From NCBI RefSeq assembly GCF_018977255.1, contig NW_024704742.1:80726001-80786000 (forward strand): DNA of 60,000 bases, read 5' to 3'. The notes below the pieces were generated by a model, which was not told where the DNA came from, ran no database searches, and was given only the letters and a program-made list of their open reading frames with translations. Position numbers and translations under genes: made by a program. How positions within the stretch are numbered: position 1 is the first letter of the stretch; each line of letters opens with the position of its first letter. Source of the DNA: Callorhinchus milii (taxonomy: Eukaryota). Below, in pieces: positions 24,253 to 38,050 of this stretch.

Positions 24253-24836
24253 AGCAATTGCCATTGTCAGGCAAGCTTCAAGCAGCTTCTCCAACAAAAA
24301 TAACTCTATCCGTGAGGGCTTTGACTTGTGCATTTAATGGGAGCACTAACCCTGCTTACTTCTGAATGCAAATTGGCTTTCACATTTGCCCTCAAAATAC
24401 ATACAGTCACGCCACTTCACAGTGTACACAGTGAAGCACTTTGCCATTGAAAGCAATTGCCATTGTCTGGCAAGCTTCAAGCAGCTTGTCCAACAAAAAT
24501 GACCCTACCCGTGAGGGCTTTGACTTGTGCATTTAATGGGAGCAGATTCGTGAGAATCCTGCTCCCAGTGACTAGTCTGCCACTTCAAGTCCTGGCAACA
24601 AATGAGACTGGCTGGTCTACAATTAGTTGTGCCCTGGAGTACTGTGACCCCTCCTGGCTCAGGAACTAGAACTAGACTGCCACAGAGGCTAGACTCTATA
24701 TCTATTGATGATCACCTGGCCTTGTAACCAGTTCAGTTCCAAGGAGACCCTGCTTACATATGCAAATTGGCTTCCATGTTTGCCCTCAAAATACATACAT
24801 TCACACCACTTCACAGTGTAAACTGTGAAGCACTTT
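24253..24836. repeat. Old local duplication with A-B / A-X-B structure (B is a SINE tail relic)
   Basis: GCAATTGCCATTGTC...TTTAATGGGAGCA at ~24253 and ~24452; ACCCTGCTTAC...GTGAAGCACTTT at ~24349 and ~24747. Confidence 0.85.
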
Positions 24837-25299
24837 CTGATGTCTCAACAACATGGTAAGGCATTATATCAAATGCAAGAGTTATTATTTCAATACCTTT
24901 TCAGGGAATAACAGCTTAAAGGAAAGCAGAAATGTAGAATTTTGATGCTGATTTGATATTGTACAGTGACTGCAGTGTATGAGATCAACTCTCCTGGTAT
25001 ATAACAAGATTCTAAATAGAACAGCAATGTGTGCAAATGTCCCAGAAAAGTCATCCTACCTACTATTCAATTCCATGTTGGCCACTGTAAATATATAGTA
25101 TAATATGCCACGTTATCTCTCGTTCTCTCTTAGGCAGAACAAGAACCAAAGGCCACTGACTGAAAGGAAAGCAAGCAGAACTGCAGTCCACCACCAGTGT
25201 AGGTCTTGACCCTCTTTCCTCGGTCCTAGGTTTGTCCCCGATTTCTATTGCACAGATGCAACGCAAATGGTAAAAATACTGAGCGGTTTTGATAAGGAG

Positions 25300-25590
25300 A
25301 AACTGACTGATTTTAGATAATTGACAAAAGAACCAGAAGGGAGTTGAGAAGGATTTTTTTTTACCCAGCGAGTTGTTACGATCTGGAATGCACTTCCTGA
25401 AAGGGTGGTGGAAGCAGATTCCAAAATAGCTTTCCAAAGGGAATTGGATAAGCATTTGAAAAGGAAAAATTTGGAGGGTTTTGGGGTAAGAGTGGAAGAG
25501 TGGTACTAGCTGGATAACTCTTTCAAAGAGCCAGCACAGGCATGGTGGGCCGAATGGCCTCCTTCTGTGCTGCAGGCTGCTATGATTCTT
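25300..25590 (+). mobile_element. CR1 3' end
   Basis: ATCTGGAATGCACTTCCTGAAAGGGTGGTGGAAGCAG...GGGCCGAATGGCCTCCTTCTGTGCTG...TATGATTCT. Confidence 0.88.
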
Positions 25591-26611
25591 TGATCCCTCT
25601 TTGCATTGTCTATCAGCCTGTGGTCTTCTTCATCCACTAGTCTTGTAACTGTTCTCTTCAGCCCAGGTAACAAGCACAACTCAACTTAATCAACTCAACT
25701 CATCTGTCTTGTTTGCGTCTGATCCCTGTGCATCTGCCATTCATTTGCATCTTATCTTATCTTCCATAGTCCCAGTACTACAGCTTCAGGTGTGCATGCA
25801 AGTGATACACATTATCATTTATAGAAAAATTAATCTACCAATTCCATTTTATTTGATTAAATGCAGGAAGCGTCGAACGGAAAATTTATATTGGAAGATT
25901 TTCTGACTTCTTAGTGTCCTTGGTAAACTTGCCGTCAGTTCCTGAGTTTAAATGCCTTGAGGTTTTAATGCCGATATCTGATGATAGTTGAAAATTGCCA
26001 CACTAATGTATCTCCAGATAATTAATCTATTGATCGTAATGCAGTCGAGGGAGTTTATCACTAATGACCTCCCACTGCCCCTCCAATTCCATGATAATAG
26101 TTAGACTTGAAGTCACCTTCAGAAGCCACATTGCCATTGCGAAACAGTTAAGTTGTTATTCCCTGAACTAGCACTGAAATGCTTGGAATTGCACAACAAT
26201 TTGTTCAATGGCATTGCTGACCGACTCAATGGCTGCAGCAAATAACTTCAATGCAACCCTTTGAACAAAGGTGAAATGTTCAAGTTGCAGACTCCAGATC
26301 AAAAGCAAAAGAAATGTTCACCTTGGGTCAGTTATTGACTCAGACCTTGTCAGAAGAGCAACGTCACAAGAACACAAAAGACAATTTTCAATCCATTTTC
26401 TTTTAACAGAAGGCCTTTTTTAAATCAGAAGATGAGCCCACATCATTTTCACCAAAGCAATTTTTGCAAGAGATTCTGTCTGCCAAGAGATTTTGAAATG
26501 GAATAATGAATTCTAACGCGATTTATGCCTTGTAATGACCAATTATATTTTGTGAAGCACTTTGAGAGGTTCATTTTTCACTTGCAACTTTTGTAAATGC
26601 AAATCTGTGCA

Positions 26612-26775
26612 TCACCCTGGCTCAGTTGGTAGCACTCTTGCTCTGAGTTAAGAGGTTGTGGGCTCAAGCCCCACATCAGGACTTTTAACTCCTAATCTAG
26701 TGTTTCACTCAAGTGCAGTGAAGCACTTTGAGACATCCTCACAATGTGACAGGCACTATATCAAAAGATTATCAT
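26612..26775 (+). mobile_element. Old tRNA-headed (Deu-type) SINE relic
   Basis: TGGCTCAGTTGGTAGCACTCTTGCTCTGAGTTAAGAGGTTGTGGGCTCAAGCCCCAC head followed by a tail remnant. Confidence 0.7.
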
Positions 26776-27496
26776 TATGAGTTATGAAAACACTAATGTG
26801 TCGCTTGAAACATCCTTTAGAGCTTCAATCTCCACAATTTTTATTAGGCAAAATATTAGGTTTCCACGCCAATTCAAAGTCAGCAAAAAATTGTACTTCT
26901 GGACCCCTAAGTCTCAAAGTCTGTTTTATTTTTATTTATGATGATAATGGCAATAAACAGAATAATACTTTGTCACTTTGACTTCAAGCACTGAAAGGAA
27001 TTCCTTATCTGTTAATTAACTTAACAGTGTAGGATCTCGCAATTGAATGATTCAGATCTAAACACTGTGCACATCTGTGTAGTGTTCAATTGTGCAAAAT
27101 CCAATGTAAAAGATATCTAGTGGGACATTGCATATTATTTCTCACATTCAGCCACAAAAATGGATTATATTTCACACTCTATGTGGTGGGACAGATGAGA
27201 AAACCAAAATGGGATTTGTGATCTGTACTTGGAGGAAGACTGGTAAACAATTGTCACTTAGCGACTGAAAGATGAGTATAAAAAGACGAGTTATCAGCTG
27301 TAACATGCAAATACAGTCTTAAAATTGCAAAAGCAATAATTTTGTTGTGTAATAGCAATAATCTGACGAGAGCTGTGCAATGGGAAATGCAGTATAATAC
27401 TTCTCCAAATTTGGTTTGAAATTTCTATCTTTGAGAACAATTATATTTCTAACAATTGATACAAAAAACAAGTTGTGTGACTATATAATATATATA

Positions 27497-27806
27497 ATAT
27501 AATAATAATCCTTGCATTTGTATTATGTTTTGACGTCTTTTAGATGTCTCAAAGCGCTTCACAGAATTGAAAAGTGAAGTGAATTGACTGTATATTTTGT
27601 GGGCGAAACGTGGCAGCCAATTGCGCCCAGCAGTGTCCCACGAAAAGTCGGGGATTGAGTGATCAAATTATTATTGGGTTTTTTTCTTGAGTGATTATTA
27701 ACAAGCGTCTGGTGTAAAGAATCTTCCCCAAGGTTTCGTCCTGCCGTGAATCAAACCCAGGTCTCTCGCTTGCGAGGCGAGTACTCCAACTACTGATCTA
27801 CAGGAC
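27497..27806 (-). mobile_element. tRNA-derived SINE
   Basis: Tail, body and head all match the SINE at 47024. Confidence 0.9.
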
Positions 27807-28010
27807 ACCAACAGACCATAATGCCACCTCCCGTTTCCAAAGAGACGATTGCCTAAAGCATCTTTCTTGGAATTAGGTGTACATGTATTTGCCCAAGAGT
27901 TTCTAGCTCAGATTTAATCTCTGCATTGGTGGGGACAGAAGGAGCTAGCTGAGTTGGGGAGAGAGGTCCAGGGAGCAGTGCATAAAAGTTAAGTGAATAA
28001 TAGGGTTTGA

Positions 28011-28594
28011 TGGAGGGAGTGATGTATGAACTGAAGATGAGTGTTTGAACATTAGAGTGGACCTCTGGACAGAGCTGGAGGAGAGATAAGAGGGAGCAAG
28101 ATCATGAAAGAATTTGAAAGCTGCACAACAATCTTTAAGCTTTATTCTTTAAGATGACAGTAAAATTCAACATTTCTGCTACTGGTTTTATTTAACCTTG
28201 CTGTTTTTGGTGGGGGAGGGGTGGAGGAAAGGAACAGGACATTTCTAGTCGTATTGCACGTCTCAGGTCCCTAAGGCAGATGAGCAGCCACAATGATCAA
28301 CACAAACAGTAGGCTTTCAATATGTCCTGGAGGTGATCGATACAATACAATATTACTTTTTTATAGCACCTTTCACGTCGGGAGGACACCCCAAGGCGCT
28401 GGGGCCACATCAAGGGGACACGTTTTGTCTGACCTACTTCTCCAAACTGAAATATGGGAAGAAATGGAGGGACTGATGTATGAGCAGACGATGAGTGTTT
28501 GAACGTTAGAGTGGACCTCTGGACAGAGCTGGAGGAGAGATAAGAGGGAGCAGGATCATGAAAAAATTTGAAAGCTGCACAACAATCTTTAAGC
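28011..28594. repeat. ~130-bp duplicated old L2-like fragment (28011-28141, 28465-28594)
   Basis: GATGAGTGTTTGAAC...GCTGCACAACAATCTTTAAGCT occurs twice. Confidence 0.85.
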
Positions 28595-28615
28595 TGGATC
28601 GACATTTACTAGATA

Positions 28616-28763
28616 TTGCATTATAGAGCATCCCGAATTTGGCAAATTGTTACATTTATTTTTTCAATAATTGTTAAATTCTTCAAAGAATGCCAAGATA
28701 ACTGCCTTCCAATTTAACGCTGTATTGAAGAATTTTCCAAATTCTGGGTGCTCTGAAATGCAA
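28616..28763. repeat. Palindromic repeat family copy
   Basis: TTGCATTATAGAGCATCCCGAATTTGG ... CCAAATTCTGGGTGCTCTGAAATGCAA. Confidence 0.7.
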
Positions 28764-29293
28764 CATAAAAAGAAAGAAATATAGACCCAGGTGGAATGTT
28801 GATACAAGTTTCCCTAGGCACAAAAAGGCATGCAAGTGGTGGAGTTAAAACTGAATTTAGAGTGCTATTATTATACATATGTGTTGTGTTTTAAAGAATT
28901 TTTCTATTAAAGAAAAGGAGAAATAAAAAAGGGCAGCCCTTTAATTTCACAATTTTTACAGAAAATACTGCAAGCTTCATTTCTACCCATTCACTTCATT
29001 TTAATGATTGTTCTTTACAAGCAGGAACTTTCCATTGTAATAATATACAGTGCACAAGTTTCTTTGAGTATTATTTCCCAGCTTGCAGCGGGATCTAATT
29101 TGCAACAATTATTAATCGCATTGTTCACTAAGAAATTCCTGTCGACTGATGGCAACTGAGATCCAGAAAAAGATTGGGTCAAAGAGGAATGTCTATCGGT
29201 CAGCATGATTCCAGTTATCACAAAAAGTTGTCATTTACACCACTTGGATTCCCAATAAATGAATCCTGCTAAATACTATAAATTGAATCTCAG

Positions 29294-30812
29294 TGTTGGA
29301 TACCCTTGAAGAAGAAATTACCAATTAACTGTGAACCAATGAAAGGGGTCAGGAAATATATAGCAGGATGCAGGGGATCTGACTGAAGGGGTTTTGGTTG
29401 TAGTGTTAGACAGTGTTTTGAGAGGTGAGAATAAAATAGCGATTTCTATATTTTGAGTTGTGAGAATACAACATGGCGTCAGAAGTGAAACTGAACTGAA
29501 TCAGAAAAGTCTACGAGATTGAACAGGGATGATAAGCAAGACAAAATGAGTGTTGGAAAAGCAGAAACGGATGCCATACCAAAATATGTGCAAATGCCAC
29601 TACATTGAGTTTAGAATGTAACTTACAACATAATTGGCAAAGATTTGAGTGGGATTTTGAAATTTTGCGCTAGCCACAAATGTGAAGAAATTGCCACAAG
29701 TACAGCAGTCGGCATGAACGACATTGGGGAATAGAAAAAGTGAAAAAAGCGAGAGAAGTAGTTTTTCGACTGGACATAAATAAGCAGATAGAGGAGGACT
29801 ACATTGGAAAATGTGAAACGTGCGAGAATTCGAAACTGGGAAATTATATGGCACGAGACACTAAGTAAAGCTTGGACCAAAATAGGAACTGATTTGTTTT
29901 ACTTTAATAGCAAACACTACTTAATAATAATAAGACTATACATCAAGATATAGTGAATATATGGAGTTGAAAGATATAACTTCCGAAACTATAATGAACA
30001 AAACCAAGGAAATCGTTGCCTGGCATGGAATACCAAGGGAAATAATTATTGATAATTGGCCCCAATTTTCAAGCAAGGAATACAAGACATTCATAAAGCA
30101 GTGGGAAATGAATTGCAAAGCTACATCACAGGGGTATCTCCAAATCAATGGTATGGTGGAGCGTGAAATAGACTATAAAGAAAATGTGAAAGAAAACAGA
30201 CAACACAAAGCCAGATAAGCACCTGCCAATTCTGACCTGTAGAAACACACCGAAAGACAATGCGGGACATTCATCAGTACAAATACTGAAGTCAAGACAT
30301 TTAAGAGATTTGTTAATCTCGGAAGAAAAAAATTGAGATCACAAGTACAACACAATAGAAATGGAGAGAAACCACAAAACGAACCAGGAAAGGAGAAAAC
30401 CTTTACAAGAGGATAAAAAACCCAAGATCATAGAGATTAAAAGTGATACAGGAAAAATATATCAAAGAACATCATGGGAAATACATCGAAGAAGAACAGA
30501 TGTAGAAAACAAAGAGCAGAAGGAAGATCCAGGGGTGACAGAAACATCAGAACCACCAGTTCAGGAAGGTTAGTGAAACCAATACGAAGACTAATTGAAC
30601 ATGACTGAGACACAGAGATATAAAAGAAGAAACCAAATACCCTTAAAGAAGAAATGACAAATTAACTGGGAACCAATGAGAGGGGATCAGAAAATATCAA
30701 ACAGGATGCAGGGGTAACTGACTGCATTGGTTTTGGTTGTAGTGTTGGATAGTGTTTTGAGAGCTGAGAGTAAAATAGTGATTTCTACATTTTGAGTTGT
30801 GAGAACATAACA
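29294..30812 (+). mobile_element. Compact, internally deleted Gypsy element with two ~180-bp LTRs (29294-29473, ~30631-30812)
   Basis: Starts TGTTG and ends TAACA; 5-bp TSD CTCAG (29289-29293, 30813-30817); PBS TGGCGTCAGAAGTG at 29474; purine tract AAAAGAAGAAA near 30622; integrase core WTKIGTDLF...HGIPREIIIDNWPQFSSKEY...NGMVER. Confidence 0.93.
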
Positions 30813-32239
30813 CTCAGTACTTTTTGCATGTACGATTGTATAACCAATTATTATATAAATGGAGCATGCATTACCACTACAGTTTTTAAGCAATAAAGTA
30901 TCTTTGTTATACAGAATAATGTTAAATGTATTTTGGACCTGTAAGCATATGGAGAGGTATTTTTTACGTTGGCCTTCAGTGTCAGCATCAAGCTCACCTC
31001 AGTCAGGCATAGCACCTGTAAAGCACAACATGAACCTGCCTTGGCTTTGCCAAGGACCTGAAAGTCGTATGATCATGAGCTTAATTATTCAATTTGTGCC
31101 CATTTAAAATAATAATAATACTTTAATTTGATGTAGCACCTTATGGTATTGAGACGTCTCAAAGCTCTTCACAGAGTTTACTGTAATGTTATTATTATTA
31201 TAGTTTGTGGGTGAAAGGTTGCTAAGTGGGATAGAACTAGGGAATAAATGGCATATTCCCTCTATAAATGGGATAGAACTAATTGTCTCTGAACTAGTGA
31301 AGTGACAAATCAACTATTGTTCCAGCTCCTGATTTGCATCCAGTAACCCTTGCTGTATGAGTGTTGATGTCAATTGGGCTCAGCTAGATATTTGCAGACT
31401 GTGCCACCATTCGCTTTCCAGATTCACATGTGAAAAGTAAAGCCACTTGGGTAAGGTACAAAAATGTTACCCAGAAGCTGTAGCCCAGAATACATTAAAG
31501 GCAGAAAGAGAGAATTGTTGACCAAGAAGGTAGAGGTGGCTGCTGGGAATAAAAATGGGCTCCGCTTTATTATGATATACAAAATTACTTCACTGCATGA
31601 TAAGCTGCATTACACTATATTCAGCTAGAGTTCTGTGTTGGCAAGTCTAAGAAACACGACTGCCAAAAGTATAATTAGTCAACCTACTGCAGCTCAACAT
31701 ATAACATGTATCCTTTTTCCAGCAGAAAGCAACTTTAAATATATGTTTATCCTTCTAGCCTGCAAAGCGTACTGCTGTGAGAATCTGAAATCAGTGGGCA
31801 ATGTGCTTTCTGAATAAAATCACAGGAACATGTGACCAAATGATTGTCATGTTGACTGTCCTGAAAAGGTTACTTGCACCAGCATGTTGTTCAATGCTCA
31901 CAGCATTTTATTGATGAGGTCTGTTTATCTCTGAAGAGAGCACATTTCTGGGTTGTATTTACAAGAAGCCTCAACAAAACAAGATTTTGAGCTTGCCAAG
32001 CAAGTTCTCAAGATGCAAGCAGTCAGCAACAGTGTGATACCTGCCTTTCAATATAAGCATCCTATTACAGTTCACAATAATCACAGCTAAGCCTCTTTGC
32101 AAGCAAAAAAAATTCCCCTACCTCCATAACACCAAATTCCTCAAGTAATCTGGAGGTGCAGATCGGAATTTGTAAACCTATGAGTCCAGGAAATGTAGTC
32201 TAGGAAATGGATAAGGAGAGCAAAGGGAATTAATAGAAT

Positions 32240-32560
32240 GGAGAAGGAGAAATGCTTTAGTATGGTTGACGAATCCAGAACAAAAAATGTATAAACTAAA
32301 AATTAGATCTAGACCTGGCAAAAGTGAAACCTGAAGACACTTCATTACTCAGAGAGCTGTGGGTTGTGGAATTCATTTTCTTAAAAGACTGTTAAGCCAG
32401 AGTCAGTCAGAATGTTTAAGAGGGAAGTGGATAAGTACCTGATGATTATGTGCATTCGGGCATATGGAGAAAAGGCAGGCAAGTGATATTCAGTTACAAT
32501 AATAATAATAATAATAATAATCTAAATAAACTAAGATGGGCTGAATAGCCTTCCCTTATT
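32240..32560 (+). mobile_element. Old CR1 3' fragment
   Basis: TTACTCAGAGAGCTGTGGGTTGTGGAATTCA...GGATAAGTACCTG...GATGGGCTGAATAGCCT. Confidence 0.7.
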
Positions 32561-34069
32561 CCTATCTTTCAAAATCATGGAGAACTAGAGGCTTGAATTA
32601 AAAATGTAGACTGCTTTGGATGAAGGATTTTAAACACTTCCACTATGTTTTATGAAATAAAATTGACCTTCAAATGGGCTTTAAATCATTCAGGAATTGA
32701 ATATACCAAGGAAGGATTAATAAAAGGAGTTATCCATTTGTAGAAAGCTAAGCCTTGGGAAGACAGTCAAATGGCAATAATCTGACCTCTGTCCCAAAAT
32801 AGGATGGAATGTCATCATTTATAAATTATGCTAATTAACATGTACTTTCCTGAAAAGTAAGGACTTCCATTATAATTTAGAAATTGTTCTCCCTCCGGAA
32901 TACTCTGATAAGCATAATTAATGAATTAATTGTGCTAATTAGGCCCAATTTCTACACACCAGCTGAGATAATGAGAAAATGAATGTTCAGTTATAACTCA
33001 AACTTATCTAAATCCTACCTCTGCAAGGCAAGTTTTGAGGATGACTTTTACACCATGAAGGGTATCACATCGCAGAACGGTGCTCAACTGCATTGCTTGC
33101 AGATGCAAATTGTATTAATTACAAACCAGATTTTTATTGCAACAAAAGCACAAAGTGCATTGTTTCTGAAACTTGGGGATTAAATGGTACTTTACTGGGG
33201 GTAAAATGCTAATCATGTAAACTAGATTACATTTCCATAAATCACAGGACGTTAATTAGAAAATTATCTTGAAAGCATAAACCTGCAGACATAACTATAT
33301 AAACCTTGGAGAATTCCAAGTAAGGTCAATATTTGCCAACTAGTTGATGCACTTGATTGGCATTTCTAGTTATACAAATAATAATATATAAATAATAATT
33401 ATGTGACCGATGGAAGAAATAGAATTCTGTAGGTGAATAAAATCAGAAAATTCCCCTGATTACTTATTTTGATTGTTCCTTTTGACAGAAAATGAGCTTT
33501 AAATCCAATAAGAGATTGTTTTTTAACAGATTAAATATTCCACTAAATATCAAATCAAAATTCAACAATCACCTTCACATTAATGTGTTGTTGGCCTTTT
33601 TCAAAAAAAAAGTTTCAGGACCCTGCTAAGAGCCCGGCTAATAAATTGCAGCAACAGTTTGAAATGACTTGTATTTTGAAAAACCGTCCATTATAGTGAA
33701 AAACCTATGAAATGGTCCAGTAGCAAAACACTATTAATATTTTACGTTCAATTGCTGACAAGAGAGCAAAACATTCTGCAGCACGCAATTTATTCACTTT
33801 GATCTGTTTGCTGTAAAGTCATCCTGAAATAATTTTTTAAAAACAGTTTATTAGATTAAACAAAATTAGCCTTTTCACAGCAGGTTGTCAAACAGGATTT
33901 GTTGCACTGGCAAATTGAAAAGAATCTGACTGTTTTGTTCAAAGCGGTAGAGGAATTCTAAAAGACATTGCTTTTCGAAAAGGTCACCAACATTTTGTGA
34001 TGTTGTGTTAAGATTATTTTCCCATTCTGATTTTATGAGGCATTTCTGAAATGATTTGTTTCTGTTGTA

Positions 34070-34300
34070 ACTTTACACAGAGGGTGGTGAGAATGTGGAA
34101 CTCTGCCTAAAGCCGTGGTTGGAGCAGAAATCATCAATGCTTTGAAGAGGAATCTAATGCATGCATGAGGGAGAAGGGAATAGTATGGAGGGGGATTGGG
34201 AGAGTGAATGAGGAGAGGTGGAGCCCCATGCGGAGTATAAACATTGGTATGGACCAGTTAGGCTGAACAGCCTATTTTGGTGCTGCTCAGTCTATGAAAT
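34070..34300 (+). mobile_element. CR1 3' fragment
   Basis: TTTACACAGAGGGTGGTGAGAATGTGGAACTC...GGCTGAACAGCCT. Confidence 0.75.
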
Positions 34301-35439
34301 TTTATGTAATTATTGGGCTGCTTTGGATCATCCCAGTCTTTCTTCTACCTCCTCACCTTCAAAACCTGCCTTAAGACCTATCTTTTCAACTGTGTATTTG
34401 GCCAGCCCCCTCTCCCATCCACTGAGCTAGGTCTCTCAGTCAGCTGTGTGAAGCATTTTGAGATGACTAATGAACAACAACAATAACTTGTGTTTATCTA
34501 GCACCCCTCAGGAGGGGTAGAGGATTAGAGTGCTTGAGGAACATGAAAACCACTATATAAATGTTAATCTTGTTGTTGATGATCAAGGAGAACACTGGTA
34601 GTGGACGAGGAGCATTTGTACAGAATTTACATAACACAATTGCAGCTTTGTAGCAAGATAGCTTTTGATATCTCTGTCTACTGTATAATTACAGTAGAAA
34701 ATTAAACGTTCCAGGTAAGTTTCAGTAATTAACCTCCAGACGATATTTTAATGTGATCTGTCCTGGAAGTAATTTGAGGATTGAGTTAACAATCCATATG
34801 CAAAATTACAGATTGTGCAAACCATGTGTGAATAGCCTGTCAAGCGAGAAACAGAGCAAGTGTCCTTATACCTGAATTGAGTTGGAAATGAATGAGGAGA
34901 AGCTGGGGGTGCAATAGCAGTTGAATGTTCTTTTTATTTCAAGACAAATTTTCGATAGTTAGTATTCAAAGGCAACATTGCTCCTGAACTGTTAAATAAA
35001 ACATTGATCGTTCACTACACTGATCAATGGATTTCCCAAGAGATAGCATCCCATGGAACTTAATGGGACAAACTGGCTAATTAATGCAGACGCAAAGTTT
35101 TTTTTAAAAAAAGAGCCACAGCGATCAATTTTTAATTATAATGTTGTTCAATTGATTATATCGACTGTTCCTATATACACAAAATTCCTATTCATGCCCC
35201 CCCTCCCCCCCACCACTGAAAAAGCACCTCTATATATCGGGTGCAAATTATCCAAAGAGTAGGCGTAATGTGAAACTGCTCAATAGCATCTGACAGAAAA
35301 CTTAGTGATGTGCTGATCAGTCTTCAAAGGGCATGTTCGCCAGACAAATAAATGCAGTCACTCCAATTCACAGTAAAATTCTTGTAAAGTGGTTTCAAAA
35401 TTTTGTTTCCGTAAGAAAAATGAATAATCATAATTATTA

Positions 35440-35750
35440 TATAATAATCCTTGCATTTGATATAGTGCTTTTCACGTCTTCTAGATGTCTCAAAGCGCTT
35501 CACAGAATATACTGTAAAGTGAATTGACTGTATATGTGTGGGTAAAAAGTGTCAGCCAATTGCGCACAGCAGCATCCCACAAACAGTTGTGGATTGAAGT
35601 GACCAATTTATTATTGTTTTATTTCTTGAGGGATTATTATCAGGCATGTGTGTGGTGGAAGGAAACTTGCCCAAGATTTAGACATGCCGAGAATCGAACC
35701 CAGGTATCTCGCTTGCGAGGCGAGCGCTCTAACCACTGAGCTACAGGACT
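35440..35750 (-). mobile_element. tRNA-derived SINE
   Basis: Full copy; the + strand reads GAATCGAACCCAGG...TCTAACCACTGAGCTACAGGAC at the head. Confidence 0.92.
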
Positions 35751-35884
35751 TTATTGTTCATTATTAGATAACATCTAATAATGAGCAATGACAACATAAG
35801 GCAGGATCTCTTTAGACTTGTTTGTTACCTTGCAATTCTCCACAGTAAAAGTTCTCCCTCAGAAGTGGAGATCCTTCCCTTCAG

Positions 35885-35985
35885 ATCCTACACTTCGGGT
35901 CCTGACCCAACTGTGCAGCGCCTTGGGACGTCCGCCTGACGTGAAAGGCGCTTTATAAATGGAATCTTGTTGTTGTTGTTGTTGT
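35885..35985 (+). mobile_element. L2 extreme 3' end
   Basis: CTGTGCAGCGCCTTGGGACGTCCGCCTGACGTGAAAGGCGCT...(TTG)n. Confidence 0.88.
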
Positions 35986-36851
35986 TCTTGTTCACATCAG
36001 AGCTTTCAGTTAATGTGCCCAACTAGAAGCATTGTTTCCTTTTCTTTTAAATAAATTGAATGTAATCAATTTGCTTGCCTCTCACCTTCTGATCTGAATA
36101 CCTCTTGCTAGGGTGCCATTTCATAGGTTTTGGTTACCCTATAGTACCTCACCTAAAGTGGTCATTATTAAATGTAAACCTTAGCAGAGGGTATAGATGA
36201 CATGAAACCAATAATAATCCTTCCATTTGATATGGCGCTTTTCACGTCAGGAGGACCTCTCAAGTGATTCACAAGATATATTATAAAGTGGCGTGACTGT
36301 GTACTTTGTCAGTGCGGCAACTGATTTGCACACAGCAATATACCACAAACACCATGAAGTGAATGACCAATTTTATTTGGGAGATTATTAGCCCTGCAAC
36401 TGTGAAGCGTTCCAAGAGGTTATCCTACGTGAAGGGTGCTATATAATACAAGTTACTGCTGTTGTGTTACAATGCAAGCTTGTATTTGAAAAATATCCAA
36501 GCCCCAAAACTTAACGGGTCAGTAGCTATAAATAGTGGAACAGACTTAGAGTTGTGTTCACTCTCAATCTTATGAATACAGTACAAGTAAAAAATCAGAT
36601 TATCTGAGTGGGAGTATTACCTGGATTGTGCAAAAATCAGTGTGAACAAATTAAAACAGTAACAATGTTATTCAAGGGCAACTCTGTGGGTGGTGGTGCA
36701 GTTTACAGACAAAAGACTCACTGGTTTGAATCCTAATTCATGCTGAGTTTACTGGGCTGGGCTGGGGCAGTTTAGGAAGTCCAAATTGCCACCTCCTGCC
36801 TTCCCAGAGTTGGGGGGGAAAATGGAGTGGGATACCAGCTGGGGTTCCTAT

Positions 36852-37060
36852 AGTAATAATAATAATCCTTTGATTTGATACAGCACCTTATCACGCTTTT
36901 GAAACGTCTTAAAGTGCTTCACAGAATATACAGTAAAGTGAATTTACTGTGTAATCTGTGGGCGAAACACAGCAGCAAGTTACACACAGCAGTGTCCCAC
37001 AAACAATCGTAGATTGAGTGACCCCATTTAGTTAACATTACTTTTAGATGATTATTACCC
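36852..37060 (-). mobile_element. SINE 3' half (another lies at ~36210-36390)
   Basis: (TAA)n-ATCCTT tail and GTAAAGTGAATT body. Confidence 0.8.
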
Positions 37061-38050
37061 CCGGGCAGGGGACATGGAGCAGGCCGGAGCCTGCGGAGGG
37101 ATTGGACAAGTTGATAAGGCGTTAGCAGGTCGGGGAGGTAAGAGGGGGCAAGGCCATGGTGGCCCTTGAAGGTGAAGACAAGAATTTTAAACTCGATCCT
37201 CTGAGGGATAGCCAGTGGAGTCGGGTGAAGGTGGGTGTGATGAGGTCACTGAGCCTGCAACGGAAAAGGACACAAGCTACAGAGTTTTAGATGATCTGTA
37301 CCCTATGGAGGGGCGAGTTGAGGAGGTCGACAAGCAGGGAGTTTGCATAGTCGAGTCTGGATGTAATGAGGCAGTGGCGGAGTCAGGCAATGTTGCGGAG
37401 GTGGGGGAAGGCAGAGCGGATCATGGCATGGATGTGAGGTAGAAAGGATAGTTGAGGGTCAAACAAGATGCCAAAGTTCCTGACTGGCTTGGTGAGGTGG
37501 AGGTGTGCAATGATGGATGCTGCCAGTGGCTGAGGTGTGGAAGCGCTGGTGTTAGCCAATCAGTCTTGCTGATGTTCAACTGTAGAAAGTCGTCTATCAT
37601 CCAGGAGTGGATGTCTGACAGACATTCTGTCAGGACAGCACTGGTCTTGGAGTCGAGGTTGGAGACAGAGAGGTAGAGTTGTGTGTCATCCGCATACATG
37701 TGGAAGTTGACCCCATGTCTGCAGATCATGTCACCAAGAGGGAGCATGTACAAGTTGAAGAGGAGAGGGCTGAGGACAGAGAACTGAGGAACACCGCATG
37801 AGATGGAGTGGAGCCTGGAGGAGCACAGAGATCGAGGAGGATGTGGACGGAGCCCTGGTCACAGATGGACAGAATGTCATTTGTCACCTTGACCAGGGCT
37901 GTTTCCATGCTGTGGGCAGCACAGAAACATGATTGGAGGGGTTGGTAAAGGGAGAGGCAGGAGAGGAAGGAGTGAAGCTGGGAAGCAACAACTCTTTCAA
38001 GGACCTTGGAAAGCAAAGGGAGGTTGGAGATTGGGCAATTGTTTGTGAAT
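37061..38050 (-). mobile_element. L2 LINE with internal deletions
   Basis: ORFs with [44 protein letters not shown]. Confidence 0.92.
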
